A stretch of 64,000 bases of DNA from Candidatus Nomurabacteria bacterium (GTDB lineage Bacteria; Patescibacteriota; Minisyncoccia; Phycocordibacterales; UBA9973). The stretch covers positions 146,957-210,956 of the forward strand of contig JAIOPO010000005.1 in NCBI GenBank assembly GCA_021413905.1. Direction: 5' to 3'. How positions within the stretch are numbered: position 1 is the first letter of the stretch; the number at the start of each line of letters is the position of its first letter. The translations under genes were made by a program, and so were the position numbers. Shown here one piece after another: positions 62,985 through 64,000 of this stretch. The notes under the pieces are model-generated. The model searched no databases. It was given only the letters and a program-made list of their open reading frames with translations, and was not told where the DNA came from.

Positions 62985-64000
62985 ATATTTTCTTCGCCTT
63001 AAGGTTTGTAAATTTTTCCCATCGGTCGATCACGATAGTTGCAAAAATTGGATCTTTCTCAACCCCTCGCCAGACACGATTTAATTCTTCACATGCAATC
63101 AAATCAGATCCACTCCCAGCAAACCCACTGAAGACAATATGGAGAGGTGCACTGCAACGCTTGAATGGCTTCTCATTTAAAGCCACAGGCTTCTGCGTAG
63201 GGTGAAGATAGCTTTGCGTGTTATCTCTTTTGACTAACCAAAGATCAATCATGTCTTGTAGTTCATCTAGCACTTGATTTCCAGTGGTTACTTCTTGATT
63301 GAGAATCTCGTTGGCATTTCTGAAATTTGGATTGAGATATGGCTTTCCAACTGTGCCATAGGTACATGGTTCATATAATCTGTTCCAGGCAATTTTAGGA
63401 GTGCAGTTCTGATTGGATTTTATCCAGAGACACACTCTTCTTTTCTTGATTCCGTGCTTGTCATAGAGAGACTGCGTCAATCCTATGCTGTTTGGGTCTG
63501 ACCAATAAAAGAAATGTGAATCTGGCTTGGAGAACTTTTTAGCTGTTTCAACGCTCTTGTCGAGAAATTCATAGTATTCTTTTTCACTTTTATTATCCTT
63601 ATATTCTCCGCCATACTTTCCGCCATATTCCCATGAAATATTAAACGGTGGATCGCAGAAAATGATGTCCGCCAGTTCATCTTTCATCAGCTCTTTTACT
63701 TGGTTTTCATCAGTAGAATCTCCAACCAAAAGCCGATGCTTTCCGAGTTCGTAAATCTCCCCAAGCTTCACTTTTGCAACAGGTGTGTCTTTGATGGCTT
63801 TACCAAGATCAAAGTCATCTTCTGTCATATCAACGTCGTCAAATAAGTTCTGAAGTTCTTCATCCCCAAATCCGACATCAAGAAGTAATCTCATATCAAA
63901 ATCTTTCAAGAGTTCTTCATTCCACGACCCAGTATTCTTGTTAAGTCTCAAGTTGAGTTCCTTCTCTTCTTCGAGTGTTAGTTCTCGTGAAGGAACCATG
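62971..64000 (-). CDS. ParB-N + DNA methyltransferase fusion, E3 (5' end beyond window)
   Basis: CDPPFN, HPTQKP, FSGFAGSGS; homologous to 33323-34609 and 42410-43690. Confidence 0.88.
   Translation of the reverse strand, partial: MVPSRELTLEEEKELNLRLNKNTGSWNEELLKDFDMRLLLDVGFGDEELQNLFDDVDMTEDDFDLGKAIKDTPVAKVKLGEIYELGKHRLLVGDSTDENQVKELMKDELADIIFCDPPFNISWEYGGKYGGEYKDNKSEKEYYEFLDKSVETAKKFSKPDSHFFYWSDPNSIGLTQSLYDKHGIKKRRVCLWIKSNQNCTPKIAWNRLYEPCTYGTVGKPYLNPNFRNANEILNQEVTTGNQVLDELQDMIDLWLVKRDNTQSYLHPTQKPVALNEKPFKRCSAPLHIVFSGFAGSGSDLIACEELNRVWRGVEKDPIFATIVIDRWEKFTNLKAKKIYESK

Larger units (their letters stand above)
48757..64000. mobile_element. Integrative element E3 (copper cargo, recombinase, MTase module; right end beyond window)
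   Basis: Left junction matches E1's; recombinase nearly identical in protein to E1's; same backbone order. Confidence 0.8.

Noticed and set aside
1-64000. CRISPR array or cas genes
   Set aside because: No regularly spaced direct repeats with unique spacers and no Cas motifs were seen.
1-64000. Alternative genetic code (UGA=Gly, as in Gracilibacteria/SR1)
   Set aside because: Conserved genes are full length in code 11, use TGG and GGN normally, and several end at TGA at the expected position.

Overview
This window looks like part of an AT-rich bacterial chromosome, most likely Patescibacteria/CPR (Parcubacteria-like). That assignment is inferred from gene style, and standard code 11 fits. 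Positions 1-16,034 are host backbone: a giant (>2,490 aa) secreted beta-helix/Ig-repeat protein running off the left edge, a catalytically degenerate RAYT transposase, a frameshifted GNAT, rplS, an RluA-family synthase, dedA, ruvX and five tRNAs. From the 3' end of tRNA-Ser(TGA) to the right edge lie three related integrative elements in tandem (E1 ~16.0-36.1 kb, E2 ~36.1-48.8 kb, E3 48.8 kb to beyond 64 kb). Each has a large serine recombinase, a fixed GTGTTGGTAAC site about 55 bp upstream of it, a conserved structured leader RNA driving envelope genes, and a ParB-methyltransferase/small-terminase module. E1 and E2 also have a large terminase, and no capsid or tail genes are visible. Cargo includes defence genes (STAND-nuclease, HEPN, Mrr, HNH, SIR2, a two-cyclase Pycsar behind LexA) and metal operons (Znu/Zur, CopA/CsoR). 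Three observations stand out. (1) A four-copy RNA motif has a GAAA tetraloop/receptor and a copy-specific X-antiX-X segment ending at the start codon. (2) Cargo blocks are bracketed by direct repeats of TGTTGGTAAC, with the empty site visible in E2, which suggests integron-like gene capture. (3) The tandem elements carry terminases but no capsid. All product calls come from motif recognition by eye; no database searches were run.
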